Shown here: positions 24,896-37,525 of the stretch, piece by piece
How positions within the stretch are numbered: position 1 is the first letter of the stretch
How the letters are laid out: the number at the start of each line of letters is the position of its first letter
Assembly: GCA_964016885.1 (NCBI GenBank)
Contig: OZ024753.1
Span: forward strand, 44,516,001 to 44,580,000
DNA from: Eledone cirrhosa
Taxonomy: Eukaryota
Direction: 5' to 3'
DNA length: 64,000 nucleotides
The notes under the pieces: generated by a model
Databases searched by the model: none
The model's input: the letters and a program-made list of their open reading frames with translations, nothing else
What the model was told of the DNA's origin: nothing
Translations under genes and position numbers: made by a program

Positions 24896-27800
24896 AATAA
24901 ATTACCCAAGACACCTCCAACAAGATATACCTTGGAGAAGGCCAGCTAAACCTGCATAGCTGTGAGCTGTCACATATATATATAACAAACATCATTGTTG
25001 TCCTCAACGATATCATAAATCATGGCCTGGATATCGCTGGCTTTTTTTCTCAGCTTGAGCCAGCGGGGCTTGATTGAGGGGATGGTAAAAGACAAGACGG
25101 CATGATAATCTTCCCATTCTGTTGTGGTAGGCACCTTCATCTGGGATACTACATGCTGTGGCACCTTCTCCACTGGTAAGTTGTTGCATTGGGCAACTAA
25201 CCCAGGCTTTGCTGCTCGGTGGGTCAAGGAGGGAAAACTTTTGGGAATTATTCAAATTTTCTAAATTAGATGTATCCATCAATAGGTGATTAATTCTATT
25301 CATTAATCTTATTGATTTTAGAGAAATGTCTTTGTAAGATATAGCCATGGTAGTAGTTTAGCTGAACACTAGAAATCAATGAAATATCTCCTTAATTGCT
25401 CAGTAATCTTGCTTTGTTGTAGATTCCAGTAGGCTAAATGTCTATATAATATCTGTTTACAGCTAGGTGGGTGACACTAGCAGAAGTTAAGTAGCTTTGC
25501 AATGGATACGAGATGCGAAGATGGAATAGAAACCAGTGATTCTTTAACTGATCACTTGTTCTTATATTGATTATACCTTCCATCTATTCACTGCGATATT
25601 GAAACAGATATATCAATTTGGTTTAAATGGAGATTATGTAGAGAGATTGCCATGACACCTTTCATTGTATATATTTAAAACTGTATAGATTAATAATTAC
25701 CACAAAATAATATTTGACATTGGCGGCTTAAACAAAACTAGAGAGTTCCAGATATTTTAGAGCTAATGAAATAGATGATATTAGTGGAACAAAGTTTAAG
25801 CCACAAGTAATATTTATGTAAATATCAATATCAATAGATATCTTTCGTTGGTTATATACAATACTGATTTCAAGAAATATTCAGATTATCTGCCATAATT
25901 ATATGCAATCATTATTATTATTATTATTATTAATATTATTATTATTATTAGGAAGAGAAATGGGTGAATAGCTGTCAATATATGAATGGGAAAGCACTTA
26001 TCTGTAAAGTTAATGCTCTATTAAACACTGCTGTAGCACAATTGATATATGATGTAAACTGCTTTGAGGAGTTACTGTGATATCAGATGGAACCAATGAG
26101 AATGAGTTAACATATGTCTGCATGCTATAAGAGATATTAATCCAGGGACAATGATAAGGATGCTGAAGGGAAAGGAGAAAGTAAATGACAAATATGTCAA
26201 TATATGGAGATTCCCAGTTGGCCATATTGATAGAATATCGCACTACAAGTGAAAATGTTCAACTTCTCTCTCCTACTACTAACATTTGTTAAGGTGTTTA
26301 CCTCTTGTAGGTTCATTGAAGCTGCTAGTAAAAAGCAGCAAGGTGTAATAATATACCTGGAACTACTTTAGACTTTTGTGTGTTGTGTCTGTTATTTACA
26401 CTACTTTACATATGTATGCCTGTTGTGTGTGATATCTTTGGTCTAACAATATACAACGTCCCTTCTCATAGTGGAACTATATTACATGTATAGGTACTGT
26501 GTCTAATATCTCTGGTGTAGTGATACAACACACTACTTCACAGTGGAACTACTTTGTAGCTGCATGTGATATCTTTCATGGAAGTAACTGGGTAGTCATA
26601 TGTCTGTCTGCTTCAAAGATTTACAACAAAATAAACCTCAAAATCTCACCAAAGGTTTCCCTTCTATAAATATAGTGTCATGTTATCACACCAACAATAC
26701 TAAGAGTATTTTAAACTCTAATCATTAAGCCATGCATCTTTACACTTACTGGTGCTGGTAAAAACATTTACTGGTGTTGATAAAAACCAGTCAAACACTA
26801 ATAAAAATGTTAAATTGGTTGATTAGACTTCTTACACACCTGTTATATTTTTCACCATTGATTGCATTGGAATTTGAACTAAGAAACCAGAGGAATAAGC
26901 TAAATCCTGCATGCTATTTTAGTCTGCTAGCTGCCATCTTTTGACATACTCTAGCGCTAATACCTTTAACCTTTCACCTCCAGAAATATATCAAAACATC
27001 AAAGTCAATCTAAATGTCTATAAGCTTCTTACCTAGTTCAAGCTGATCATTATTATCTGTGTTTCTGTTCTAGTCTTTTCTTAAAATACATCCCTATACG
27101 TTAAGATCTTAAGCCTTTAATGGGTATTCTGATCTTATCAGACCTCTTTGAAATACGCCTCTCATTAATTTCAAATTTTCAGAGATTTCTTTCTGAAGAG
27201 AAAAGAAACAAATTGATTTCTTTTGTTTTCTTTTCCAAATGTTTGATGTTATTTTAATGTTACTTACTTTACAGTTATTCACATTTCCTTCGATTAAACA
27301 TTTATCAGGTAAATACTTCCAGTTGTCCATATAATGAGGGATTAAAGGTAACTTGGCTGTCTGTATAAATCATATATTCAATATATTCACAGCACCACCT
27401 GAAAAACTGTCCTTGTTAAATTAATATTACCTTTTCTATACACCCAAACTGATGGCATTGTGTCCCCCATTCCATTCCAAAGAAGGCCAACACCTTTGAG
27501 CCTACCAACTATCAAAAGGAGACAAATATAACAAGATCTTCAATCTCTGCAATTATTCTTGACCTCCATTTGATCCTGCAAACCTTGACTGTGGCAGGCT
27601 TAAGATTTTGTAGCATGAGGGTAGATAGGTTTTCTATCTTCTCTATCTCAAATAAAGAAAGTTTGTTTGTTTGTGTATTTAGCTGTATTGTTGTTATTAT
27701 TTTTAATTATGATGTAATAAATATTTAATATTAAGGTCTATATACTTTTCACCTTTAAAATATCGAAAACATTGAATTTTAAAAATGCTTGTAAAATCCA

Positions 27801-28444
27801 GATAAACATCTGAATTCATTGTATTAAAATTCTAAGAAATTAATAAGTGTAATGAACTTTATGTAATTTATTGTGCACATGTTTACAAATGACTAAACAA
27901 CAACTATATTAATAAGAGCAACAATACACATGTTGAATTTGACAATAAAATCAATTTGGTAAACATATACAATAGAATATTGTTTGCAATTTAGATATTA
28001 GATGAAAAATTTGAATATGTTTAGATATTAGATAAAAATTATATTTATGATTCATCAAACCTTTTGATGTAATAAAAAGTTTCAAATATTTCACAATAAT
28101 TGTAAATATATGATTTGTTGATAGGGATGGTTTTGTTTTGAAATTATCAACAATAAAAATTTTGTGAAAGTGCACGAATTAAGGGAAATGTTTTCACAGT
28201 GACAAGCAAAGTAACTGAGATTCAGTTAGAAGGATAGAAGGAAAAATGAAAATAGCAGCAATATCATTAATGGGAAACAATAACATAGCTGCCATCATGA
28301 AAAAGACAAGAAAATGGAGGAATGAATATTCATACATCATCATCATCATCATTTTATACATATTAATATATTCTGTTTTATGTGAGATTCAAATGTTTCC
28401 TTGTTTAAAAAAATCTTAAAATTTGAATATCCTTTTTTTAATGA

Positions 28445-29013
28445 TTTCGGATTTACCATCAATTATTAATTAATATTAGTATAATATTAAAGACATAACA
28501 GATAGTTTCCCTCAGCCTAGCTTTTTATTAATATTAGTATTTTAAATCATTAAAGGAACTAATTTAGTTTTTGATTACTGAATAACCTTAACAAGTTATA
28601 CTAAATCAAAACTTTGTTATAAGGACCACCTCCCTGCTCTCCACCATCGGCACAAAGTTGGCTACCAACAGCTGTGAACCTTGTAAGCTGGAATGGCTCT
28701 TCCAGCACATCTCTTTGACCATCCTCTGTGGAAAAACCTTCTTTATTCTGTCTGCCAAGTGGCCGTGTATTGGCCCCCAGTTGCTCATATTGTTGAGAGA
28801 TGGGAAGTGTGGGAGAGATGGAGTCAGTGACAGTGGGAGTTTGATTCTTTTGTGTTCAGACCTGGTGTATATGTATATATTTCACAGACATTCTCCTTTC
28901 TCTTTTATGGAATTGTTCTAGCTTAGTAATTAAAAAGCTAGGCTGAGGGAAACTATCTGTTATGTCTTTAATATTATACTAATATTAATTAATAATTGAT
29001 GGTAAATCCGAAA
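28445..29013. repeat. Perfect 83-bp inverted repeat enclosing ~400 bp
   Basis: 28445-28527 is the exact reverse complement of 28931-29013. Confidence 0.92.
28606..28760 (+). mobile_element. C-terminal fragment of CRE-like non-LTR retrotransposon (restriction-like endonuclease region)
   Basis: Translates to VIRTTSLLSTIGTKLATNSCEPCKLEWLFQHISLTILCGKTFFILSA, resembling LLxxIGxRLxxATGEPRExxWLFQRISLAIxRGNAxSILSA. Confidence 0.62.
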
Positions 29014-29290
29014 GTATTTTAAATCATTAAAATTGCTATGGTAAAATTCTATTATTCTCACTCTTTTCTCAGTTGTTATGTCCTATTTTCTCTAATTCCT
29101 ATTTCCTTGGCACTTTTAATCTCACACATATTGTCAGGCTTCCAAATAATTAAACTTATTTCCTAGTTAAATTTGTATCTCTTATACTAATATGTTTTAT
29201 ATTAATTTTGCAGTCCCTTTATATCGACATAACTGATGTTTCTGTGAATGAACATGCTGATTTGAGTTTATTATTTTCTGTTGATTCTAT

Positions 29291-29436
29291 TCCAGCATAG
29301 TTACGTCCCTTTATGATCTGAGTTCAAATCCTGCCGAGGTTGACTTTGCCTTTCATCCTTACTGAGTCGATAAAATAAAGTACCAGAAATGCACTGGGTA
29401 ATTGCTGGCCTTGTGCCTAAAGTAGAAACAATTATT
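29291..29436 (+). mobile_element. 5'-truncated Meta-like SINE with 21-bp target site duplication
   Basis: ATTATTTTCTGTTGATTCTAT at 29270-29290 and 29431-29451. Confidence 0.9.
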
Positions 29437-31947
29437 TTCTGTTGATTCTATATTGTTGCCTGTTTGTTGAGTGAAAATCCTTGGTGATGTGAAAGGGTTG
29501 GGTCTTTTGTATTTTGAGTGTATTGATTTAGTTAAGTGTGAGATGAAGTAGAAAACAGACTTCTCTTGTGTTACTGGAGAGCATCATACATCAGCTCATT
29601 AGATATGTGATTTATCTGGCTTGTTGAATCCTAATAAAGAAAATATAGAATATAACAGTTAGGGAAGCTGTCATAACTAGAGATGGGAGTTAAATAAGAC
29701 AATTTATTAAAGACATTGACATCACTTGAGCAGATGTCAACACCTTTTCAGGTGAACTGCAAATACGGATTTCTTAATAAAGGCTATATATTTATCATTG
29801 GAGCTAAACGACCATGTGAAGAACATCAACTGCTCTTGGCTGGAATACATAATATGGTAAATAAACATTTATTATTTCATCCCAACTTAGCTCATCACAA
29901 GTATTTATATTATTTATTCAGAGCTGGTTAGGTAGTAGACTGTAAAGGTGTGTGGGCTAGTAGTTTGTGTGTTTGATTTGTCATCATAAATTCATGGATA
30001 TCATTCATAAATCAGACAGTGCATTGTGATAAGCAAGACAATTTGTTTTATGTTCTTCATTATAGTTATTAAAAATTCCAAGAAGTCTTATATGAAATGT
30101 AGGAGGGCAGCTAAGCCTACAAATGTGTGAACTGTAAATTTCCTTTTCTTCAAGCAGTTGATTAGCAGCATCATTAGAACATTGAAGAATATGCTTGTAA
30201 TATTTAGTTAGACAGTTCTGTATGAGCAAGATGTGGTCACCTGACCTGGCATTGTTCACAACAGGACAACCCTTCTAACCCATGCTAGTATGGAAGAATG
30301 GATCTAAAACGGTGATGATGATGATATCTTTATAATCCATGTTCAAATCCCACTACAAGCATCCCCCTTTGCTTGGTAAAATAATTGTTTATACTTTTGG
30401 CACAAGGCCAGCAATTACCCAGTGCATTACTGGTACTTTATTTTATGAACCAGGAGTAGACAAGAGAAAGTTGTAATATTCTTCTAAATTTGTCATGATG
30501 AGCTGTTGCTAAAAGACATTATTTATTTATCCTATTGTCTTGAGTTATATCCAAGCTCAGGAAATAAATATATTATATGAAGTTAGTGCATTTAACTATA
30601 CTGATTCCCTGGAAAACATTGGCCCCTTTTCGTGTGAAATCTGCAGTATATAGTCTAACCCATGCTAGCATGGAAAATAGACGTTAAACGATGATGATGA
30701 TGATGATATCATCTCTGGTAAGATTTGAACTCATGGCTTTTATGTTCATAATGTGTCTCATTCAGAATAGGAATTGGTTAATAATAATAAACTTTTCTGG
30801 TCTTCAGACCATTAATTTCACAGTAAAATACATCAACAATGTATTTTATGTCTGCTAGATTGCCAAATAAGTTGTAGACTGTAGGATAAATTTACAATTT
30901 GTCGGTACATTGATCCTCTATTCCACCACAAACAACAGCTATACCAGTAACAATACCATCAGTTACTACTCTCACTACTACTACCAACACTTTCCAGAAA
31001 TCAAAACAAAGGAGGATTTAATGCAGTAATATAGAATTGCATGAAATGGTGTGACATATTACTGTTTACTTTGCAGAAGAAGTTTTATTTTACTGTTACA
31101 AATGAGTTCTGACATGTATTTTTTCAATCTTTCTATTCTATTACATTATAAAGCAAACAGAGAGTTGCTCTGTAGGAGCAGATATATAGAAATTGCAGCA
31201 TTATAAACATTGCTTGTTCTCCTCACTTCATATACATATATATATATATATATATTTGTTTTCTTTTTATTCTGAAATCGTCTGTAACTGTTGCTGTTGT
31301 TGGCAGCAGTATCTTTTCATTCTTCCTTTTAGTTGCAGAATTCACTGCAGCAGATGGAAGCTATTTCCTTCATTTTACGTAATTTTAAGAGATTCAGAGT
31401 GCTGTGTTCTGCTTATACCATTATGTGGATTGGTATGACTTTTTGCCGATTGGATTGTTACCTTCTGTGAACATTCAGACTCAACGAAATTCAAAACAAA
31501 ACCAAAAAACAATATATAATAAAGCAAAACAAATAAAAACAAAAGCCTGTTTCTTGTAGTTATTTCCTAACATTACTATTAGTTTGAATTTCCCATGAGT
31601 CAGTGTAAGTTAGGAAAATGGATTAAACGCCCAAGATTATTTCTCTAAGAAAGAAATAAAATACAACAATAGAAAAATGAATACGAAATTGAAAATATTT
31701 GTTGTTTCTTTGATTGAAGAGCAGAAATTTTATATTTTTAGAATTAGTTGATGGTTCTTACATCAGATAAATAACTTTTATGATATTTTCTATTACTATG
31801 TTTACAAAAACTTCACCAAAGTTCACCAATTTTCTTTATTTTCTCTATTAAATCATAAATAAGAAAATGTTTACTTTCTTCTACTTGGAAGAAAACAACT
31901 TAAGATGTTATATAATAAACTAAGATTATCATAGCAACCATATTTAA

Positions 31948-32140
31948 CCCTTTATCATTTACATTCTTCTATATTTATTATTATATTTTCATGGTAAAGT
32001 CTTTACTTCACATAATTATCTCACATAATATCGAATCTATGAGATTTTACTATTATTTATGTTGAGAACAATACCTTAACATCGGTATGAGTGGCCGGTT
32101 ACAGCCAGTTTGAACAGAAAGAGGTGAGAGAATTCTGACC
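31948..32140 (+). mobile_element. piggyBac-type MITE, partial
   Basis: TTAA-CCCTTTATCATTTAC start; body homologous to 48550 and 57006; right end lost near a SINE at 32160-32312. Confidence 0.7.
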
Positions 32141-32330
32141 ATAGATATATATATATCAGTGAATTGGCAGTATCGGTAGAGGGTTGGGCGCAATTGCTTT
32201 CTAGCATACTTATGTCCCTTTAAGGTCCGAGTTCAAATCCCGGCGAGGCTAACTTTACCTTTCATCCTTACGGGGTCGATAAAATAAAGTACCAGTACAA
32301 GAGTAGAAACAATATATATATATTATTATT

Positions 32331-32464
32331 ATAGAAATGATTTCTACAAGACTAGCACTGTTTCTTTCATCAGGAAAGTGTTTTCTATTTCAAAATAAAT
32401 ATACCTACATTTTGAGTATCTTCTGTAACTGTGGTCACCTCACAGTGTACATCAGGAATCCACC

Positions 32465-32465
<1 letters not shown>
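32331..32465. mobile_element. Decayed family D remnant (inverted arm plus tail)
   Basis: TTCTACAAGACTAGCACTGTTTC arm and TTGAGTATCTT...TAACTGTGGTCACC tail. Confidence 0.6.
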
Positions 32466-32544
<79 letters not shown>

Positions 32545-32656
32545 CTTGAAGGCAGCCACCTGGACTAGCAACTGCCTTCTCGTCTTGGGCATCTCTCTCT
32601 GCTTTTCAGCCCCTTGGATTGTGTCTATTATATTCCTTTGTTGGATAAATTTTGGA

Positions 32657-32714
32657 ATACCTGATGATGTCACCGGGTTGATACTGAACCCTGTCATTGA
32701 AATGTTCATAGTAT
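32657..32714 (+). ncRNA. Type I hammerhead motif (family I)
   Basis: ATAC-CTGATGA-TGTCACCGGGTT-GATACTG-AACCCTGTCATT-GAAA-TGTTCA-TA-GTAT, then a ~45-nt tail into (TA)n. Confidence 0.7.
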
Positions 32715-32758
32715 GATAAACCTTTAAGGAATTACACCAATCCAGTCTCCTGTTATTT

Positions 32759-32811
<53 letters not shown>

Positions 32812-32937
32812 GTAGGAGGTGAGTTTTATTGTAGTACAATAAAGCAATGCAGATATTGGATAAGTAGCACTCTACAGTTTGTAGGACTGGAGTATAAATA
32901 ATATATAAGATCAAAAGATGGTTAAAAGAGTTCCATG

Positions 32938-33008
32938 TATTTTATTATGTGCATTTCAAAAACAAATATCATCATGCGATGACATTTGCGTTTTCGTCAG
33001 ATAAAATA
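32938..33008 (-). ncRNA. Type I hammerhead motif (family B, left arm)
   Basis: Reverse complement of 33071-33141, except helix III reads TGCACA. Confidence 0.85.
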
Positions 33009-33070
33009 GGGAGACATGATATGAAGGTTAAAAAACACTTGTGTTTTTTAACCTTCATATCATGTCTCCC

Positions 33071-33141
33071 TATTTTATCTGACGAAAACGCAAATGTCAT
33101 CGCATGATGATATTTGTTTTTGAAATGCGCATAATAAAATA
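33071..33141 (+). ncRNA. Type I hammerhead motif (family B, right arm)
   Basis: TATTTTAT-CTGACGA-AAACGCAAATGTCAT-CGCATG-ATGATATTTGTTTTT-GAAA-TGCGCA-TA-ATAAAATA. Confidence 0.9.
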
Positions 33142-33169
33142 CATGGAACTCTTTTAACCATCTTTTGAT

Positions 33170-33215
<46 letters not shown>

Positions 33216-33711
33216 TATACACACACAAGGTATGTTCAATATATAATGAGCAAAAACTGCAGAAGAGACATTAGATGTAATTATTCAATTAGATAGCTAC
33301 TTCATAGTAAGGAAAGGGTGAAACCCTTTTTACAGCATCTCTCTCTTTCTCTTCCTATACTGTCATACCTCCAATTTCTTTAACATTAAAAGGATATCCC
33401 CACCAATATTTAATCTACCTCAGCCTTTCATTCACACAATGATTTATGGATGATCATCCAGTTTTTTTTCAAATTCATTTCATGATGAAAAGATCATAGC
33501 AATATTTGTAAATCTCGTGGCTTAAAATATTTTTCTATATTTTCATAATACATGATATATTTCATTCTCATTATATGTAAATATTACATACATACGTATG
33601 TATGTATACATACATAAATATATATATGTACACAAACATATGCATATATATATATGTACTCACATATATAAAGATACATATAACTATCTATCTATCACTC
33701 TCTCTCTCTCC

Positions 33712-33754
<43 letters not shown>

Positions 33755-34126
33755 CATGAATGAATGATGTGTAGGTTGTGTGCTTTTCTTTTGATTAAAA
33801 TAAAATTCACTTCTTTACTTTACTAATCTACCTTACACAACAAATGAAGACCAAGAAATATCTTCAATATTTCATACTTATTTTTTCCTCTCCATAATTT
33901 GCATAATGACATCTTTATGCTTTTGCTTCCCAATATTTCCAAAACTTAATTAGTGAAGAAATTACCCAATAACTTTGATAAGTAAGTTTCCTTATTTCAC
34001 TCCTTTCTCTTTTTTTTAATTGTGTTTTCATTTTTGTTATATTTATATTATTTTAATTATATTTATTTTATATTAGATTGAAGAAGAATTTCTCAACAGA
34101 AAAATCTATCAAATATTTGAATTATT

Positions 34127-34190
<64 letters not shown>

Positions 34191-34226
34191 TATATGAATT
34201 ATTAAACACATATGTATATATATATA

Positions 34227-34280
<54 letters not shown>

Positions 34281-34312
34281 TATATATATATATTATATGA
34301 ATTATTAAACAC

Positions 34313-34372
<60 letters not shown>

Positions 34373-34605
34373 ATATATATATATATACACACATATATAT
34401 ACACACATATATATGTTTATATATATATATATAAACATATAAGAGAGAGAGAGAGAGAGAAAAAGTAAGAAGAGATAGATGGAAGATAGGTTTAGCTATA
34501 GACATAGATATATTACACTGAAACTAATAGTTTACAGTTTTCCACGTTTTTCAGAAATTTTAATATTTAAATGTTTTTTTGCCCCTTGAAATGTCGCATT
34601 ATATT

Positions 34606-35059
34606 GGATTGGCAGTATCAGTAGAGGGTCGGACGCCATGCTGGGGTGGTGGATTGGCAGTATCAGTAGAGGGTCGGATGCCATGCTGGGGTGGTGGATT
34701 GGCAGTATCAGTAGAGGGTCGGACGCCATGCTGGGGTGGTGGATTGGCAGTATCAGTAGAGGGTCGGACGCCATGCTGGGGTGGTGGATTGGCAGTATCA
34801 GTAGAGGGTCGGACGCCATGCTGGGGTGGTGGATTGGCAGTATCAGTAGAGGGTCGGACGCCATGCTGGGGTGGTGGATTGGCAGTATAGGTAGAGGGTC
34901 GGACGCCATGCTTTCCAGCATAGTTACGTCCCTTTACGATCTGAGTTCAAATCCCGCCGAGGTTGACTTTGCCTTTCATCCTTACGAGGTCGATAAAATA
35001 AAGTACCAGTAATGCACTGAGTAATTGCTGGCCTTGTGCCTAAAGTAGAAACAATTATA
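34606..35059 (+). mobile_element. Meta-like SINE with its 45-bp 5' head tandemly repeated (7 heads)
   Basis: GGATTGGCAGTATCAGTAGAGGGTCGGACGCCATGCTGGGGTGGT starts at 34606, 34651, 34696, 34741, 34786 and 34831; a seventh head at 34876 runs into an intact SINE body. ATTATATT flanks both ends. Confidence 0.92.
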
Positions 35060-35679
35060 TTTGTATGTATGTTTGTGTCATTACTGTTGTTGTTCATCAT
35101 AATATGATTTAGATTGGATTTTTAACAGTATGACAGATGCTGTCATAGCGAGGAGCCACAGAATAAGGTGTTACAAACCATTGTAATTTATGTACCTTTT
35201 GTTTTGCTTGCTCTTTATTCTACGGCTCCTTGCTACAATGACCTTACGGTTATTATCAACTATCGTCTGGAGGGGAGCCTTGTAGCGACTAGCGCCACCT
35301 TGTTCAGGGAGAAAAAACTAATTGGTGTTACTTCCCATTGAATTCTAGAAGATTCCTTGAACTTCCAGTCTAGGGATTATAAAGGAGGGAGAAAAGAGAC
35401 ATCTTGGCTTATTTGGCGACCGGCTCTTGGACAGTTCACTCACGAGCGAGTTTGTTAACCTTATTATATCTGTATCGAATTTAATTAGTGGTTGGCCTGC
35501 AGTGGCGTTTATCAAAGTAAATAACCCTGTGACCAATTCACTAAAGGGTAATAGAGAGCTGTGGATTTTGAAAATAACAAATAAATAATATAGAAGTATA
35601 TCATGACAAATTTGAGTGTTTAATATCGAGACGTATCTTAGTATCAAACATGACTGAGGTAGTTGTTGGAAATATGTGA

Positions 35680-35970
35680 CATCATCATCACTGTTTAATG
35701 TCCATTTTCCATGCTAGCATGGGTTAGATGGGTTGTCCTCTTGTGAGACAAGTCAAATCAGGTGTCTGTATCTTGCTTACACAGAACCATTTCTAGCTTG
35801 GTTTCTACAGCTGGATGCCCTTCTTAATGCTAACCAAATTTAGAGTATATAGTATAAAATATATTGACTGCGGTAGTTGTTAGAAATCTGTGCCACCATC
35901 ATCTTCAGGATCATTATCACTGTTTAACATCCATTTTCCCTGCTAGCATGAGTTAGACGGTTTGTCCTGT
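35680..35970 (-). mobile_element. Two 3' fragments of the (GAT)n-tailed SINE
   Basis: CATCATCA...TCCATTTTCCATGCTAGCATGGGTTAGA, repeated near 35915-35970. Confidence 0.7.
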
Positions 35971-37304
35971 ATATAGTATAAAATATATTGACTGGGATGG
36001 TTGTTAGAAATATGTCAGCATCATCATCATCCTCATCACAATCAAAAATAGTTTGGTGCCAATACAGAAATGGTAGATTAACTACCTTACAGTACATAGT
36101 TTTACACTTTTGGTATTTTTCTTTTTCTTTTTGTTTGTTCCTTTGCATAGTTCACATCCTGCTTTAGTCATGATGCATCTATTTTGTTCACCTGTCTCCC
36201 ACCTACAGCCAGATTTATTAAAACACCAACCCACCTTGTACTGCTTATCAATTCAATAAACTACATTCTTCTTTATCAAATTTATGGTTTGGTGCCAATG
36301 TGTGAGAAATCATTATTTTGAGACTTCAATTTTAATCAACAATCTTAGACTTTCAAAGTTGCATGTAAATTGTTAGGTTTGACTTAGAAATTCCAGCAGA
36401 CAAGATAAAGATGCTAACAATTTATCTATCTATATAACGAAATGGTCAATTTTGATATTTCTCATAATATATTATATGTTTTTACCTAAAGTGAAAATAT
36501 TATCCTTCAGATTTGATATTTCACTGAAATAAATCATAAATCTATAAAGATATATACTAAATACAATGTATACATTAGATATGAGATTATTAGAAATATG
36601 ATTACTACAATATAAATATTTACGTATTGTGTCAGCTTAAATTATATATAACATATATAGTCTGTTTACTAATTCTATGTTGAGGTTTCTAAACTTTTAA
36701 AACTTCAGCATTTTGTTAAAAGAGACACATGAAAGAAAAGGTCATAAACCTTGTGAACATCTCGATACTAAATTATTGCATATCCAGAGAACTAAATACC
36801 CATAACTGGCACATCGGTAGCTCTTTACTTAGGGGTCTGATCTACCTGTTATATGCCCCATTCTCCCAAATAAAATAATTTCAAATCACAGTTTGGCAAG
36901 CTGACAAACCTAGATTTTGACAGTTCTGTCCCTGACCACACTAAGAAAATGACTAAGCCTTCGTTTCTACTACACAGTCCACATTCACTTAAACCATACC
37001 ATGTTATGAGTCATAGCGCCATACAACACTTTCCACAGATTTTCATATTTCTACAATGCTGTTATACAGCAAATATGTTTAGTGATTTATTTGACAGAAG
37101 CAACTTTACTGCAGACCAATTACTAAACTGATCAGCAGTGAAGGGACTTCCAGTTAAGTGTCTAACGAGACCTGGCCTTTAGGGGGCAGATCGTTCCTCT
37201 TTACATTTTGTAAATGTTTGTCATGCAATAAACAGCAGTTCAAAAAAACACAGTTTGTTGTTATTTCAAGTATAGCTTAAAATTTCTTAGGAATGAATCA
37301 CTAG

Positions 37305-37525
37305 ACAGGTTTTATGGGCACAACCAACCAGCAAGATAGCCAGGGATAGACCCCGAGCAAGATGGTTGGATAACATCCATAAGCTTGGCTGGACTCGCAT
37401 GGGAATCCAGCCAGACCAGTTGGAGTGGTTGCTTCTGATAGGACTTGCTGGAAAGAGTGTTTGAGGACTCTACCCCAACGACCCTGTCAGGAATAAGAAA
37501 GAGGATTAAGAGAAGAAGCAGAAGC
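37305..37525 (+). mobile_element. RTE-like LINE 3' end, second copy
   Basis: AGACCCCGAGCAAGATGGTTGGATAACATCCAT...GCTTCTGATAGGAC...CGACCCTGTCAGGAATAAG aligns to 3970-4118. Confidence 0.75.

Larger units (their letters stand above)
32811..33177. mobile_element. Family B fold-back element: ~135-bp near-perfect inverted arms plus ~90-nt tail
   Basis: Centre CAC-TT-GTG at 33036-33043; arms about 32902-33038 and 33041-33177; tail 32811-32900; (TA)n flanks. Confidence 0.9.

Noticed and set aside
24970-25348. Overlapping minus-strand ORFs in a GC-richer patch
   Set aside because: No recognisable domain; probably a decayed repeat.
32340-32380. Apparent helix-II-less hammerhead CTGATGA-AA-GAAA on the minus strand
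   Set aside because: Alignment to family D shows CTGAT is the helix II loop (TTTC-CTGAT-GAAA); the true core is missing.
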